Shown piece by piece: positions 45,591 to 55,363 of a DNA stretch of 64,000 nt. Source of the stretch: Myxococcota bacterium (GTDB lineage Bacteria > Myxococcota_A > Polyangia > Polyangiales > Sandaracinaceae); assembly GCA_036149055.1 (NCBI GenBank), contig JAYZQJ010000088.1, positions 1 to 64,000 of the forward strand. Reading direction: 5' to 3'. Both the position numbers and the translations under genes were made by a program. The notes under the pieces were generated by a model. It saw only the letters and a list, made by a program, of their open reading frames with translations. It searched no databases and was not told where the DNA came from. Position 1 is the first letter of the stretch; each line of letters begins with the position of its first letter.

Positions 45591-47297
45591 ATGACCAGGC
45601 TCACGCGACTTCGAACGTCCGCGCTCTTCGTGAGCGCCCTCTGTGCCCTCGCCTTCGCCCCCGAGCGCGCCTCGGCGTGCGGGGGCTTCTTCTGCGACAG
45701 CTCCCAGCCGGTGAACCAGCAGGCGGAGCGCATCATCTTCGCCCAGGAGGCGGACGGCAGCGTCACCGCCGTCATCCAGATCCAGTACCAGGGGCCGTCC
45801 GAGCGCTTCGCCTGGATGCTCCCGGTGGCCGGGAGCCCCGAGATCTCGGTGTCCTCCGACGCCGCCTTCGCGCGCCTCCAGGGGGCCTCGAACCCGGTCT
45901 ACCGGCTCAACACCCGCGTCGAGGGGAGCTGCGGCGGCAACCCGGCCTCCGACCGCGGAGGCAGCGCGGGCGGCGCCGACGCGGGCGCCTTCGGCGACGA
46001 CGCCGGGAGCATGGAGCCGCCGGTCTCGGTCGTGGACCGCGGCTTCGTCGGCCCGTACGACTACATCGTCATCTCGATCGATCCCGAGGCGCCGGACGTC
46101 GTCGAGGTCGGCCTCGAGTGGCTGCGCGACAACGGCTACGACGTGCCGACGATGGGCGCGGACGTGCTCCGCCCCTACCTCGAGTCGGGCATGAACCTGC
46201 TCGCCTTCCGGCTGGTGAAGGGCAACGACGCCGGCTCCATCCGGCCGGTGCGCCTCTCGTTCGGGCCCGGCCTGCCGTCGATCCCGCTCCGGCCGACCGC
46301 GATCGCGACGCAGCCCGACATGGGCATCCTGGTGTGGGTCCTCGGCCCGAGCCGCGCCGTCCCCGCGAACTACCGGGACCTCGAGCTGAACGAGGCGCTC
46401 ATCAACTGGCTCAACCCCGGCTCCACCTACGACGCGGTGGTCACCCGCGCCGCCAACGAGGCGAACGGGCAGGGCTTCGTCACCGAGATGGCCGGCCCCG
46501 CGGCGCCGCTCGCCGACGTCATCTGGAGCGACGCCGAGGCCACCGAGTGGGCGAGCATCCGGGCGGACGACTGGACCGGGCGCGAGGGGCAGCTCCTCTT
46601 CGCCGTGGCCCGATTCGCCCAGCTCGACGGCGTGCGCGAGGTGCTCCAGACCCACGTGACGCCCCCGGACGGAGTGCCGGAGGACGCGTTCTACGACTGC
46701 GTGTCCTGCTACCTGGACGGCACCGAGGCCGATCTGCCGGGGCTGGAGCCGACCGCGCTCCTCGACGCGATGCAGGCGGACGTCATCGACCCGATGGCCG
46801 AGACCCGGGCGCTCTTCCTCGAGTCGCCCACCATGACCCGGCTCTACACGACGATGTCGGCCGACGAGATGACGGTCGACCCGATCTTCGACTTCAACGA
46901 CACGCTCGGCGACTACTCCAACGTGCACGTCGCGGATCGGATCATCGAGTGCTCGCCGAGCATCCGTCGGTTCGAGGCGCCGTGGCGCGTCGAGCTCGAG
47001 GGCGGCGAGACGGTGCGCGGCCTGGGCAACACCTGGCCCTTCGACGCGAGCGGCGAGATGCCGGCCAACGCCCGCATCCGCCGGGTCGGCACGAGCGGGG
47101 AGGGCGAGGTGATCGAGGACAACACCGCCGCCATCGCCGAGGCGCTCACGGAGCACAACGCCTCGGTCCCGGGCGCGCCGACCGGCGGCACCGCCGGCGC
47201 CTGCTCGGCCAGCCCCGGCTCGTCTTCGGCGGTCGGGTTCGGCTTCGCGCTCGCTTTCGGGCTCGGGGTCTTCGCCCTCCGCCGGCGCCGCGCCTGA
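45591..47297 (+). CDS. DUF2330 domain protein with MYXO-CTERM-like tail
   Basis: ASACGGFFC, VNQQAERIIF, FAWMLPV, WLRDNGY, IPLRPTA, TRLYTTMS; tail ACSAS...TM...RRRRA. Confidence 0.92.
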   Translation: MTRLTRLRTSALFVSALCALAFAPERASACGGFFCDSSQPVNQQAERIIFAQEADGSVTAVIQIQYQGPSERFAWMLPVAGSPEISVSSDAAFARLQGASNPVYRLNTRVEGSCGGNPASDRGGSAGGADAGAFGDDAGSMEPPVSVVDRGFVGPYDYIVISIDPEAPDVVEVGLEWLRDNGYDVPTMGADVLRPYLESGMNLLAFRLVKGNDAGSIRPVRLSFGPGLPSIPLRPTAIATQPDMGILVWVLGPSRAVPANYRDLELNEALINWLNPGSTYDAVVTRAANEANGQGFVTEMAGPAAPLADVIWSDAEATEWASIRADDWTGREGQLLFAVARFAQLDGVREVLQTHVTPPDGVPEDAFYDCVSCYLDGTEADLPGLEPTALLDAMQADVIDPMAETRALFLESPTMTRLYTTMSADEMTVDPIFDFNDTLGDYSNVHVADRIIECSPSIRRFEAPWRVELEGGETVRGLGNTWPFDASGEMPANARIRRVGTSGEGEVIEDNTAAIAEALTEHNASVPGAPTGGTAGACSASPGSSSAVGFGFALAFGLGVFALRRRRA

Positions 47298-47785
47298 TGC
47301 GACCCGCGCGCGCCGCCCTCGCCCTCGCGCTGCTCGCCCTCACCGGGGCGGGCTGCGCCGAGGCGCCTCCCCACGAGAGCGCCGCCATCGAGCTCGGCAC
47401 CGGCTCCTGGCGCTTCGAGCCGCTCGAGGACGGGCAGGAGGTGGAGCTGGTGCGCGGCGCGCAGGGCGGGTGGCACATGTGGATCAGCGTCCGGGTCCGG
47501 GGCCTCGAGGGAGACGCGCTGCCGCTCCGCCTCACGATGCAGCCCGCGGACGAGAGCGCCCCGCCCTCGGAGACCGAGATCCGGCTCCGGCTCGACCCGG
47601 CGGACGACGAGGGCTGGCGGAAGCTCGTCGGCTACACCGGGATCGTGAACGAGCCGTCGTGCCTGGTGGGGGAGCTGATGCGGGTGCGGGTCTCGACGCC
47701 GATGGACGACGGGACGACGATGGCGTCGGAGCGCGACGTGCGCGTGCTCGGCGGCGCCTACCCGCCGGAGCCGTGCGCGGAGTGA
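47297..47785 (+). CDS. Hypothetical lipoprotein
   Basis: Lipobox GAGC; ELGTG...FEPL..GQEVELVRGAQGGWHMW motif; start overlaps DUF2330 stop. Confidence 0.75.
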   Translation: MRPARAALALALLALTGAGCAEAPPHESAAIELGTGSWRFEPLEDGQEVELVRGAQGGWHMWISVRVRGLEGDALPLRLTMQPADESAPPSETEIRLRLDPADDEGWRKLVGYTGIVNEPSCLVGELMRVRVSTPMDDGTTMASERDVRVLGGAYPPEPCAE

Positions 47786-47830
47786 GGCCCGGCGCCTTGC
47801 TCCCCTGGTGAGTCCTTCCTACAGCACGGC

Positions 47831-50800
47831 ATGCGGACTCGCCGACTCCTCGCCTTCGCCTCCTTCGCGCTGCTCCTCGGCTGCGGCGGCCACCCCGGGG
47901 TCTTCGACCTCGCGCCCGCCGCGCGCGTCTCGCTCGGCGCCGCCGGGGGGGACGCCGAGATCGACGCGCTCGCCGCTCGCTTCTACGGCGAGACCCTCGA
48001 CCCGGCCGCGATGCGCGCCGAGCTCGAGGCCGCGCTCGAGCGGCACCCGGAGAGCGCCACGCTGCACGAGATGGCGGCCCACCTCGCGGAGCTGCGCGCC
48101 GACGACCGCGCCGCCTGGCTGCACTGGCTCTCGGCGGCCAGCGACACCTCCACGCCCTTCACGGCCGTCTATCTCCAGCGGGCGCTCGGCCGGGACCTGA
48201 CGGGCGGCGAGGAGCGGGCCAGCATCGCGCTGCTCCGCGAGATGTCGGCCTCGCACCCGCGCCCGGCCGCCCGGGTCGACGCGGCCCGGCGCCTGATCGG
48301 GCTGCTCGAGCAGCACGGCCGGCTCGAGGAGGCCGAGCGCCTGGGGGCGGAGCTCGGCTATCTGCGGGCCTGGCGCATGGTCGGCGCGTTCGACAACGAC
48401 CAGGGCCGCGGCTTCCAGGCCACCGAGCCGCCCGAGACCGAGGCGCTCGACCTCGACGCGTCCTTCCGGGGGCTGCGGAGCGAGGTGCGCTGGCGGGAGG
48501 TCACCCAGTACGACCGGGCCGGCGTCGCGCAGCTCGGCGCGCACCTGAGCCCCAACCGCTGGGCGGTCGCCTACCTCGTGACCCACGTGGAGAGCCCGAG
48601 CGCGCGCGAGGCGCAGCTGCGGCTCACGACCTCGAGCGCGACCAAGGTGTGGGTCAACGGGCGTCTCGTCGTGGCCCAGGACCGGCTCGCCAACGCGGCG
48701 ACCGACAACTTCGTGCTCCCCATCACGCTGCGCGCCGGCCCCAACCGGATCTTCGTGAAGTCGGCTCAGGACGGCAGCGGCGCGTGGATCTTCGGCGCGC
48801 GCCTCACCGACCGCGAGGGGCGCGCGCTCCCCGGGCTGCGGGCGGACGCGGGCGCGCGGGCGGTCGAGCTCGACGCGCCCGGTGACGACTCGGGCAACCC
48901 GAGCCCGCTCGAGGAGGCCCTCGCCGCGGTCGAGCCCCCGCTCCGCCGCGAGCTGCTCCGGCACCACGACGCGGTCCGCAACGGCTACGAGGGCGACGCG
49001 CTCGATCAGGCCCGGGCGCTGCTGGAGCTCGCCCCGCGCCACCCGGTGGTGCTGCTCACCGCGGCGACGACCCACTGGACCAACGAGGAGCTCGGGCAGG
49101 CGATGGACCTGCTCAACGAGGGCGCCGAGCGCTTCGAAGGGTCGGCGGGGTTCGCCTACCACCGCGGCGCCTTCTACCGGGAGCGCGACCGCTACGACCG
49201 GGCCATCGAGGATCTCGAGCGGGCGCGACAGCTCGAGCCCGGGGCGCGGCTCGCCGCGATGGAGCTGTCGCTGACCTTCGGGGACCGTCGCTGGCGGGAG
49301 CACCAGTGCCGGGTGCTCGACGAGGTGGTGGCGCGCTGGCCGGACAGCGGCTGGGCGGTGCGCAGCCAGGCGTGGTGCCTGGGGCAGCGCGGCTACGTGG
49401 AGGCCTCGCGGCGCGCCTACGAGCGGGCCGACGCGCTGACGCCGGGGCACATCTGGACGCTCCGGCGCCGCGCCGAGCTGGCCCGGGCCGAGGGCGATCA
49501 CGAGCGCGCCCTGACGTTCGCGCGGCGCGCCCGCCGCACGCGGCCCTGGGACATGGGCGTCCTCGTCTTCGTCGCCGACGAGCTGCGGCTCGCCGGTCGC
49601 CGCGCCGAGGCGCGGGCGCTCCTCGGCGCCGGCCTCGAGATCGATCCCGACTGGTCCTCGCCGCATCACCGCCTCGGCTTGATGGCCTTCGAGGACGGCG
49701 ACACGGCGGAGGCCCTCGCCCGCTGGGCGGCGGCGCTCGAGCGTGACCCCGACAACGGCCCGCTCGCCGATCGCGTCGACTTCCTCCGGGGGGACGAGGA
49801 CGATCCGGATCGTCAGCTCATGCCGAGCGCCCAGGACATCGAGGCCGCGCTCGCGCAGGCGACCGAGATGGAGATCGACCCCGGCGCGCACAGCGTGCTC
49901 GTGCTGGACGACGAGGTCACCACCGTGCAGCAGGACGGCAGCTCGCTGCGGCGCATCACCCAGGTGCACCTCGCGGTGACCACCGACGGGCGCGACGACC
50001 TGATCCTCAACCGGGTGCCCGGCAACGCGCGCATCCTCGAGGCCTACAGCGTCGGGCCGGAGGGCGAGCGCCAGGAGGCGTCGTCGATCCGCGGCGGCAC
50101 GATCCGCTTCCGCGGCCTCGAGGTCGGCAGCCGCGTGGTGCTGCAGTACGTCTTCCACGCCCAGCCCCCGCCGTTCCTGCCCAACCACTTCGTGTCCAGC
50201 TGGCTCTTCCAGGGGCCGCAGCGGCAGCTCGGCGTCGCGCGCTGGGTGGTGCAGGTCCCCGCGGGCCGCGAGCTCGCCACCCACGTGCAGGGGCCGGTCG
50301 AGCACCGCGTCGAGCGCGGCGAGACCCACGACACGCACCTCTTCACCGCCGCGGGCGTGCCGCCGCTCCAGCCCGAGCCGGCGATGCCGCCGATGCGCGA
50401 CGTGCTCGCCATGGTGACGCTGTCGACGCTCACCGACTGGCAGCAGTACGTGGACTGGGAGCGCGCGCTCTTGAGCGAGGTGTTCGAGAGCAACCGGCAG
50501 CTCCGACAGCTCGCGCAGCGGCTGACCGAGGGCGCCGAGACGCCCGCCGCGAAGCTCGACGCGATCTACCGCTACGTCGCCCAGGAGATCCGCTACCAGC
50601 AGGACTACGAGGACACGATCGCGGGCGTGCGGCCGCACAGCTGCCCGGTGGTGCTCGAGCGCGGCTATGGCGACTGCAAGGACAAGGCGGTGCTGATGAT
50701 CCTGCTGGGCCGCGAGGTCGGGCTCGACATCCGCTTCGCCATCCTGCGCACCACCAACGCCGGCGCGGTGCGGCGCGAGGTGCCCAACCAGCAGTTCAAC

Positions 50801-51604
50801 CACGCGATCGTCTACGTGCCGCAGCAGGACGGCATCGACGAGGCGCGCTTCATGGACCCGACGACCGACCTGCTCGACGCCGGCAACCTGCGCGCCGACG
50901 ATCAGGGCGCGACCTCGCTCGTGCTCGACCCCGACAGCGGGGCGTGGGAGTTCGTCGACATCCCCTATCAGCCGGCGGAGATGACCTACTTCTCGTGCGA
51001 CGTCGACGTGAGCGTCACCGGCGCCGAGCAGGCCACCGCCGACGCGCGCTGCCGGGGGCGTGGATCGATGGCCTCGGCGTTCCGGCGCATCATGCGCAAC
51101 GAGGAGAGCGCCTCGCAGCTCCGCCAGAACCTGGCGCAGGGCATCTTCCAGGGCTCGGCGGTCACCGGGCACTCGGTCGCGCACGCCGAGGACGCCGACG
51201 CCCCGCTCGAGCTGAACCTCGAGCTCGACGCGAGCGCGGCGCTCCAGCCCCAGGGCGAGGAGCGGCGGCTGCGGGTGCCGTCTCCCTTCAACCTCGGGCG
51301 GGTGACCCGGCTGGAGCGGCGGCGGCTCCCGCTCCGGCTCGGGGTGCCGGACTCGGCGCGCTGGGAGGTCACCTTCGAGGCTCCGTCGGGCGGCCGGGTC
51401 GTGCGCACGCCGGAGGACTTCACCATCGAGCACGCCTGCTTCCGGGTCTCCCGGACCACGGTCACCCGAGGTCGGCGCGCCACCGTGACCATCGACTATC
51501 GCCGGACCTGCGCCGAGGTCTCGGCCGAGGACTACCCGGAGCTCCGCCGCCTCGCGCAGCGGGCGCAGAACCAGCTGCAGGCCGACGTCGTCATCAGCCC
51601 TTGA
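47831..51604 (+). CDS. Large lipoprotein: TPR repeats + DUF3857 + transglutaminase-like domain
   Basis: Lipobox LLGC; TPRs; GLEVGSRV; IRYQ...RGYGDCKDKAVL...FNHAIVY...MDPT (Cys-His-Asp). Confidence 0.88.
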   Translation: MRTRRLLAFASFALLLGCGGHPGVFDLAPAARVSLGAAGGDAEIDALAARFYGETLDPAAMRAELEAALERHPESATLHEMAAHLAELRADDRAAWLHWLSAASDTSTPFTAVYLQRALGRDLTGGEERASIALLREMSASHPRPAARVDAARRLIGLLEQHGRLEEAERLGAELGYLRAWRMVGAFDNDQGRGFQATEPPETEALDLDASFRGLRSEVRWREVTQYDRAGVAQLGAHLSPNRWAVAYLVTHVESPSAREAQLRLTTSSATKVWVNGRLVVAQDRLANAATDNFVLPITLRAGPNRIFVKSAQDGSGAWIFGARLTDREGRALPGLRADAGARAVELDAPGDDSGNPSPLEEALAAVEPPLRRELLRHHDAVRNGYEGDALDQARALLELAPRHPVVLLTAATTHWTNEELGQAMDLLNEGAERFEGSAGFAYHRGAFYRERDRYDRAIEDLERARQLEPGARLAAMELSLTFGDRRWREHQCRVLDEVVARWPDSGWAVRSQAWCLGQRGYVEASRRAYERADALTPGHIWTLRRRAELARAEGDHERALTFARRARRTRPWDMGVLVFVADELRLAGRRAEARALLGAGLEIDPDWSSPHHRLGLMAFEDGDTAEALARWAAALERDPDNGPLADRVDFLRGDEDDPDRQLMPSAQDIEAALAQATEMEIDPGAHSVLVLDDEVTTVQQDGSSLRRITQVHLAVTTDGRDDLILNRVPGNARILEAYSVGPEGERQEASSIRGGTIRFRGLEVGSRVVLQYVFHAQPPPFLPNHFVSSWLFQGPQRQLGVARWVVQVPAGRELATHVQGPVEHRVERGETHDTHLFTAAGVPPLQPEPAMPPMRDVLAMVTLSTLTDWQQYVDWERALLSEVFESNRQLRQLAQRLTEGAETPAAKLDAIYRYVAQEIRYQQDYEDTIAGVRPHSCPVVLERGYGDCKDKAVLMILLGREVGLDIRFAILRTTNAGAVRREVPNQQFNHAIVYVPQQDGIDEARFMDPTTDLLDAGNLRADDQGATSLVLDPDSGAWEFVDIPYQPAEMTYFSCDVDVSVTGAEQATADARCRGRGSMASAFRRIMRNEESASQLRQNLAQGIFQGSAVTGHSVAHAEDADAPLELNLELDASAALQPQGEERRLRVPSPFNLGRVTRLERRRLPLRLGVPDSARWEVTFEAPSGGRVVRTPEDFTIEHACFRVSRTTVTRGRRATVTIDYRRTCAEVSAEDYPELRRLAQRAQNQLQADVVISP

Positions 51605-52421
51605 GCACCTGACACGACGGGCAGAAGTAGACGTGCCGGCCGCCGATGTCCTCGCGGCGGATCGGCGCGTCGCAGCGGCGGCAGGGCTTGCCCGCGCGCC
51701 CGTAGACGTAGAAGCGCTTCTCGCTCCGCCGCGCGCCGCCCTGGCGGAGCCGCGCCGCCGTCCGGGCGGGGAGGGTGACGCCGCGCTGCGCGTAGGCGCG
51801 CCGGCAGATCTCCACCGTGGAGTCGGCCAGCTTGCGGATCTCCTTCGCCTCGAGCGCCTTCGGTCGCTCCCTCGGGTGCACGCGGGCGTGGAACAGGATC
51901 TCCGCGCGCAGGTAGTTGCCGAGCCCCGCGAGGAAGCCCTGGTCGAGATAGAGGGCGGCGAGCTGGCGGCCGTCGAAGCGGTCGTCGCGCAGCCGCTCGC
52001 GCACCACCGACGGATCGAGCGCGCCGGCCGACACGTCCGGCCCGAGCTTCGCGAGGTACGGGTGCGCGCGCAGATCGTCCGACTCGAGCACGGCGATCTC
52101 GCTCGCGGAGTACAGCCACGCGCTCTTGTCGGCGGTGTGCACCGCGAAGCGCAGCGAGCGGCGGGTGCGCGGCGTGGTCCCCCGCGCCGTGACGTACCAG
52201 CGGCCGTAGAGCTGGTTGTGGGTGTAGACGGTCAGCCCGACGTCGAAGCGCGTGAGCAGCGCCTTGCCGCGGTTGTCGACCGCCTCGACGCGACGGCCGC
52301 TCAGCTCGTCCGCGTAGTCGCGCAGGTGGTCGAAGGCGAAGAACACCTCTTCGGCGATCTCGCCGGCGATGGCCTTCGCGAGCCGGTCGGCGGCGCGGCG
52401 GATCTCCGGTCCTTCGGGCAC
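51594..52421 (-). CDS. nei: Endonuclease VIII (Fpg/Nei DNA glycosylase/AP lyase)
   Basis: MPEGPEI, RGKALL, THNQLYG, AGLGNYLRAEI, C4 zinc finger CRRC...CPSCQ. Confidence 0.95.
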   Translation of the reverse strand: MPEGPEIRRAADRLAKAIAGEIAEEVFFAFDHLRDYADELSGRRVEAVDNRGKALLTRFDVGLTVYTHNQLYGRWYVTARGTTPRTRRSLRFAVHTADKSAWLYSASEIAVLESDDLRAHPYLAKLGPDVSAGALDPSVVRERLRDDRFDGRQLAALYLDQGFLAGLGNYLRAEILFHARVHPRERPKALEAKEIRKLADSTVEICRRAYAQRGVTLPARTAARLRQGGARRSEKRFYVYGRAGKPCRRCDAPIRREDIGGRHVYFCPSCQVLKG

Positions 52422-52447
52422 GCACCAGGCCTAGGGCGAAGTAGGCG

Positions 52448-52557
52448 GCTCGACCACGAGGAGCGACGGGTGAGTCGAGCTTTGGATGTGTGGAGTTGGA
52501 TGAGGTGCGTTGGAGTGGGATCGGAGGGGGAGGGTCGCTCCTCGTGATCGAGCACGA
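52448..52557 (-). ncRNA. Candidate sigma54-dependent structured RNA (20-bp closing stem, 66-nt C-rich loop) or nei 5' leader
   Basis: Inverted repeat 52448-52467 / 52534-52553. Its one imperfection is a G-U pair on the minus strand. It starts at the predicted +1 of a GG-N10-GC promoter. Confidence 0.55.
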
Positions 52558-52567
52558 GCTAGGTGTT

Positions 52568-52583
52568 TGCAGCCGGTGTGCCA
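52568..52583 (-). promoter_or_regulatory. Candidate sigma54 (-24/-12) promoter
   Basis: Minus strand TGGCACACCGGCTGCA = TGGCAC core, GG-N10-GC; predicted +1 near 52557. Confidence 0.65.
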
Positions 52584-52704
52584 CCCGCTCCGCGCGACGA
52601 CCTGCGCCCGAAACGGCGTGACCGAAGGACACGCTGGTGACAGGTCGGCGACCCCACCCCTCGAGGGCGACAAAATGGCAGCCGAACTGAACGCCCCGGG
52701 GCGG

Positions 52705-53970
52705 CTACGAGCCCAGCGGCCGCGGCGGGCGGTAGTGGACGCGCTCGGCGTCGACGGAGACCAGCTCGCGCTCCGGCCAGCGCAGCGCGGTGAGCTTGCC
52801 GCCGAACACGCAGCCCGTGTCGAGGCAGATCGTGTTGTTCACCCAACGCGTCTCCGCGACCGGGGTGTGGCCGTAGACGACCGCCGCGCGCCCCTCGTAG
52901 TCCTGCGCCCAGTCCAGCCGGATGGGGAGGCCGTCTTCGTCGGTCTCGCCGGTGGTGTCGCCGTAGAGGCAGAACGCGCGCACCTTGCCGCCGACCCGCC
53001 CGTGCATCGACTCCTTCAGCCCGGCGTGGGCCACGACCAGCTCGCCGCCGTCGAGCACGTAGTGCGGCCGGAGCGCCTCGATGAACGCGCGCGCCCGCTC
53101 CCGGAACGCCTCCGGCTCGGCCTCGAGCGAGGCGATCGACGTCCCGGCGCCGTGCGTCGGCTTGATCTTCTTGCCCTCGAGCCAGCGGAGCAGCTTGGCC
53201 TCGTGGTTGCCCTGCACGCAGATCGCCGCGCCCGCGTCCACCATGTCCATCGCCAGCCGCAGACACCCGGCCACGTCGGGGCCGCGGTCCACGAGGTCGC
53301 CGACGAAGACGACGCGGCGGCCCTCGGGGTGGCGGTGCACGCCGTCGGCGCCCGGCGCGTAGCCGAGCCGGTCGAGCAGCGTGTGGAGCTCCGACGCGCA
53401 GCCGTGCACGTCGCCGACGAGATCGAACGGGCCGCGCTCCTCGCGCCGCTCGGGCGCCAGCTTCTCGCGCCGCACCTCGACGCGCTCGATGTCCTGCTCG
53501 GCCAGCACGTGGACCTCCCGGAAGCCCTCGCTCCGCAGGCTCTCGAGCGATCGACGGAACTGCGCGTGGTGCTCGCGCACGACGACCTCGGTGAACGGTC
53601 GATCCCCGCGGGCGGCGTGGCGCGCCAGGAGGGTCTCCAGCGACACGTCGAGGGCCACGACCACGATCGGGAGGTGCTGCCGCTTGGCGATCTTGCGCAG
53701 GGGCTGGCGGGCCCGGGGCTCGAGGCTCGTGGCGTCGATGACGGTCATGCGCGCGTGGGCGAGCCGCATGTCGGCGAGGCGGTGCACCATCTCGAAGGCG
53801 TCCGCGCTCACCCCCTGATCGTTCTCGTCGTCGCAGATGAGCGCCCGCATCCGATCCGACGAGACCACCTCGGTCGGCGCGAAGTGCTTCGCGGCGAAGC
53901 TCGACTTGCCGCTGCCCGACGCGCCGAGCAGCACCACGAGCGACGGCTCCGGGAGGATCAGGCTCGGCAT
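52705..53970 (-). CDS. Polynucleotide kinase-phosphatase-like protein (Pnkp kinase + phosphatase, no ligase domain)
   Basis: [49 protein letters not shown]; ends at 421 aa. Confidence 0.9.
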   Translation of the reverse strand: MPSLILPEPSLVVLLGASGSGKSSFAAKHFAPTEVVSSDRMRALICDDENDQGVSADAFEMVHRLADMRLAHARMTVIDATSLEPRARQPLRKIAKRQHLPIVVVALDVSLETLLARHAARGDRPFTEVVVREHHAQFRRSLESLRSEGFREVHVLAEQDIERVEVRREKLAPERREERGPFDLVGDVHGCASELHTLLDRLGYAPGADGVHRHPEGRRVVFVGDLVDRGPDVAGCLRLAMDMVDAGAAICVQGNHEAKLLRWLEGKKIKPTHGAGTSIASLEAEPEAFRERARAFIEALRPHYVLDGGELVVAHAGLKESMHGRVGGKVRAFCLYGDTTGETDEDGLPIRLDWAQDYEGRAAVVYGHTPVAETRWVNNTICLDTGCVFGGKLTALRWPERELVSVDAERVHYRPPRPLGS

Positions 53971-54017
53971 GCGGTCCTCGGTTTGCGCCGCCGGGCGCGT
54001 CGGTGCAACACCGCGTC

Positions 54018-54968
54018 GTGGAGCCCGAGGTCGTCGCCCGTCACGCGGAGATGTTCGCCAACCGCGTCAAGAAGAACCACCGCAAGCTGGCCAAGGGCTT
54101 CGAGCGGGAGGGCGTGGGGGCGTTTCGCCTCTACGACTGGGACATCCCCGAGGTCCGCGCGGTCTGCGACTGGTACGAGGGGCACCTCGTCGTCGCGGAG
54201 TACGAGCGCACCCAGACCGAGGGCGTCGACGACTACGCCGGGGACCTCGGCCGGGCGGCCGCGGCGGCGCTCGGGCTGCCCGAGGAGCGGGTGCACGCGA
54301 AGCAGCGGCGGACCCGTCCCCAGGAGGGCGCGCGCTACCAGAAGCTCGGCGACGGCGGCCGGCTGATGCAGGTGCGGGAGCGGGCGCTGCGCTTCTGGGT
54401 GAACCTCGACGACTTCGTCGACACCGGCCTCTTCCCCGACCACCGCGACACCCGCCGGCGCTTCGGCGAGATGGCGGCGGGCAAGCGGGTCCTCAACCTC
54501 TTCTCCTACACCGGCGCGTTCACGTGCTGGGCCGCCCACGGCGGGGCGAAGGAGACGGTCTCCGTCGATCGCTCCGCGCGCTACTCCGCGTGGGCGGAGG
54601 ACAACCTCGCGCTCAACGGGCTCGCCGGGCCGGCCCACGCGGTCGTCGCCGCCGACGTGCACGACTGGCTCGCCGGGGCCGCGCGGACCGACGAGCGCTT
54701 CGACCTCGTGCTGGTCGATCCGCCCTCGTTCTCGACGACCTTCGGCGCCGGGGACTTCGAGATCCAGCGCGATCACCCGACCCTGCTCTCGACCCTCGCG
54801 CGGCGGCTGACGGCGGACGGCGTGCTGCTCTTCTCGACCAACCACCAGCGCTTCGAGCCCCGGCTCGAGGGGCTGCCGTTCTCCGAGATCGAGGAGATCA
54901 CCGCGCGCACCGTGCCGGCCGATTACCGGAACCGCGCCGTGCACCGCGCCTTCCTCTTGCGGCCCTGA
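54018..54968 (+). CDS. SAM-dependent rRNA methyltransferase, RlmK/RlmI-like
   Basis: [48 protein letters not shown]. Confidence 0.9.
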   Translation: MEPEVVARHAEMFANRVKKNHRKLAKGFEREGVGAFRLYDWDIPEVRAVCDWYEGHLVVAEYERTQTEGVDDYAGDLGRAAAAALGLPEERVHAKQRRTRPQEGARYQKLGDGGRLMQVRERALRFWVNLDDFVDTGLFPDHRDTRRRFGEMAAGKRVLNLFSYTGAFTCWAAHGGAKETVSVDRSARYSAWAEDNLALNGLAGPAHAVVAADVHDWLAGAARTDERFDLVLVDPPSFSTTFGAGDFEIQRDHPTLLSTLARRLTADGVLLFSTNHQRFEPRLEGLPFSEIEEITARTVPADYRNRAVHRAFLLRP

Positions 54969-54991
54969 GCCCGCGGTCCCACCGATGGGCG

Positions 54992-55363
54992 GTGGAGCCG
55001 GAGAAGCACTGCGCGCGCTGCGGACGCGCCTTCGCCTGGCGCAAGAAGTGGGCGCGCGACTGGGACGCCGTCCGCTACTGCAGCGCGGCGTGTCGCGCGG
55101 CGAAGCTCGACCCGACCGACCTCGCGCTCGAGGCGGCCCTCCGTCGCATCCTCGCGGAGCGCGCGGCCGGCAAGACCCTCTGCCCGAGCGAGGCGGCCCG
55201 CGCGGTCGGCGGCGAGGGCTGGCGGGATCTGATGGAGCGGACCCGCATGGCCGCGCGGCGGCTCGTGGCGCGCGGCGAGGCCCGCATCCTCCAGCGGGGC
55301 CGCGAGGTGGATCCGTCCCGGGCGCGCGGACCCATCCGGGTGGGTCACGCGCGCTCGACCTGA
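54992..55363 (+). CDS. DUF2256-DUF3253 fusion protein
   Basis: [30 protein letters not shown] plus [11 protein letters not shown]...GWRDLM...RGPIRV. Confidence 0.88.
   Translation: MEPEKHCARCGRAFAWRKKWARDWDAVRYCSAACRAAKLDPTDLALEAALRRILAERAAGKTLCPSEAARAVGGEGWRDLMERTRMAARRLVARGEARILQRGREVDPSRARGPIRVGHARST

Noticed and set aside
47819..51433. Very long antisense or off-frame ORFs (e.g. 47819-51433 -, 61400-63994 -, 10558-12609 -, 23458-25680 +)
   Set aside because: Shadow ORFs expected at this GC content. They mirror well-supported genes and lack motifs.
52468..52533. CsrB/RsmY-like GGA-repeat sRNA on the plus strand (7 GGA motifs)
   Set aside because: The GGAs are not in individual hairpin loops. 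Both the promoter and the G-U wobble favour the minus strand. Disfavoured rather than excluded.
52448..52557. Y RNA or retron msr/msd
   Set aside because: No Ro60/TROVE or reverse transcriptase gene in the window, and no recognisable Ro-binding bulged helix or tRNA-like domain.
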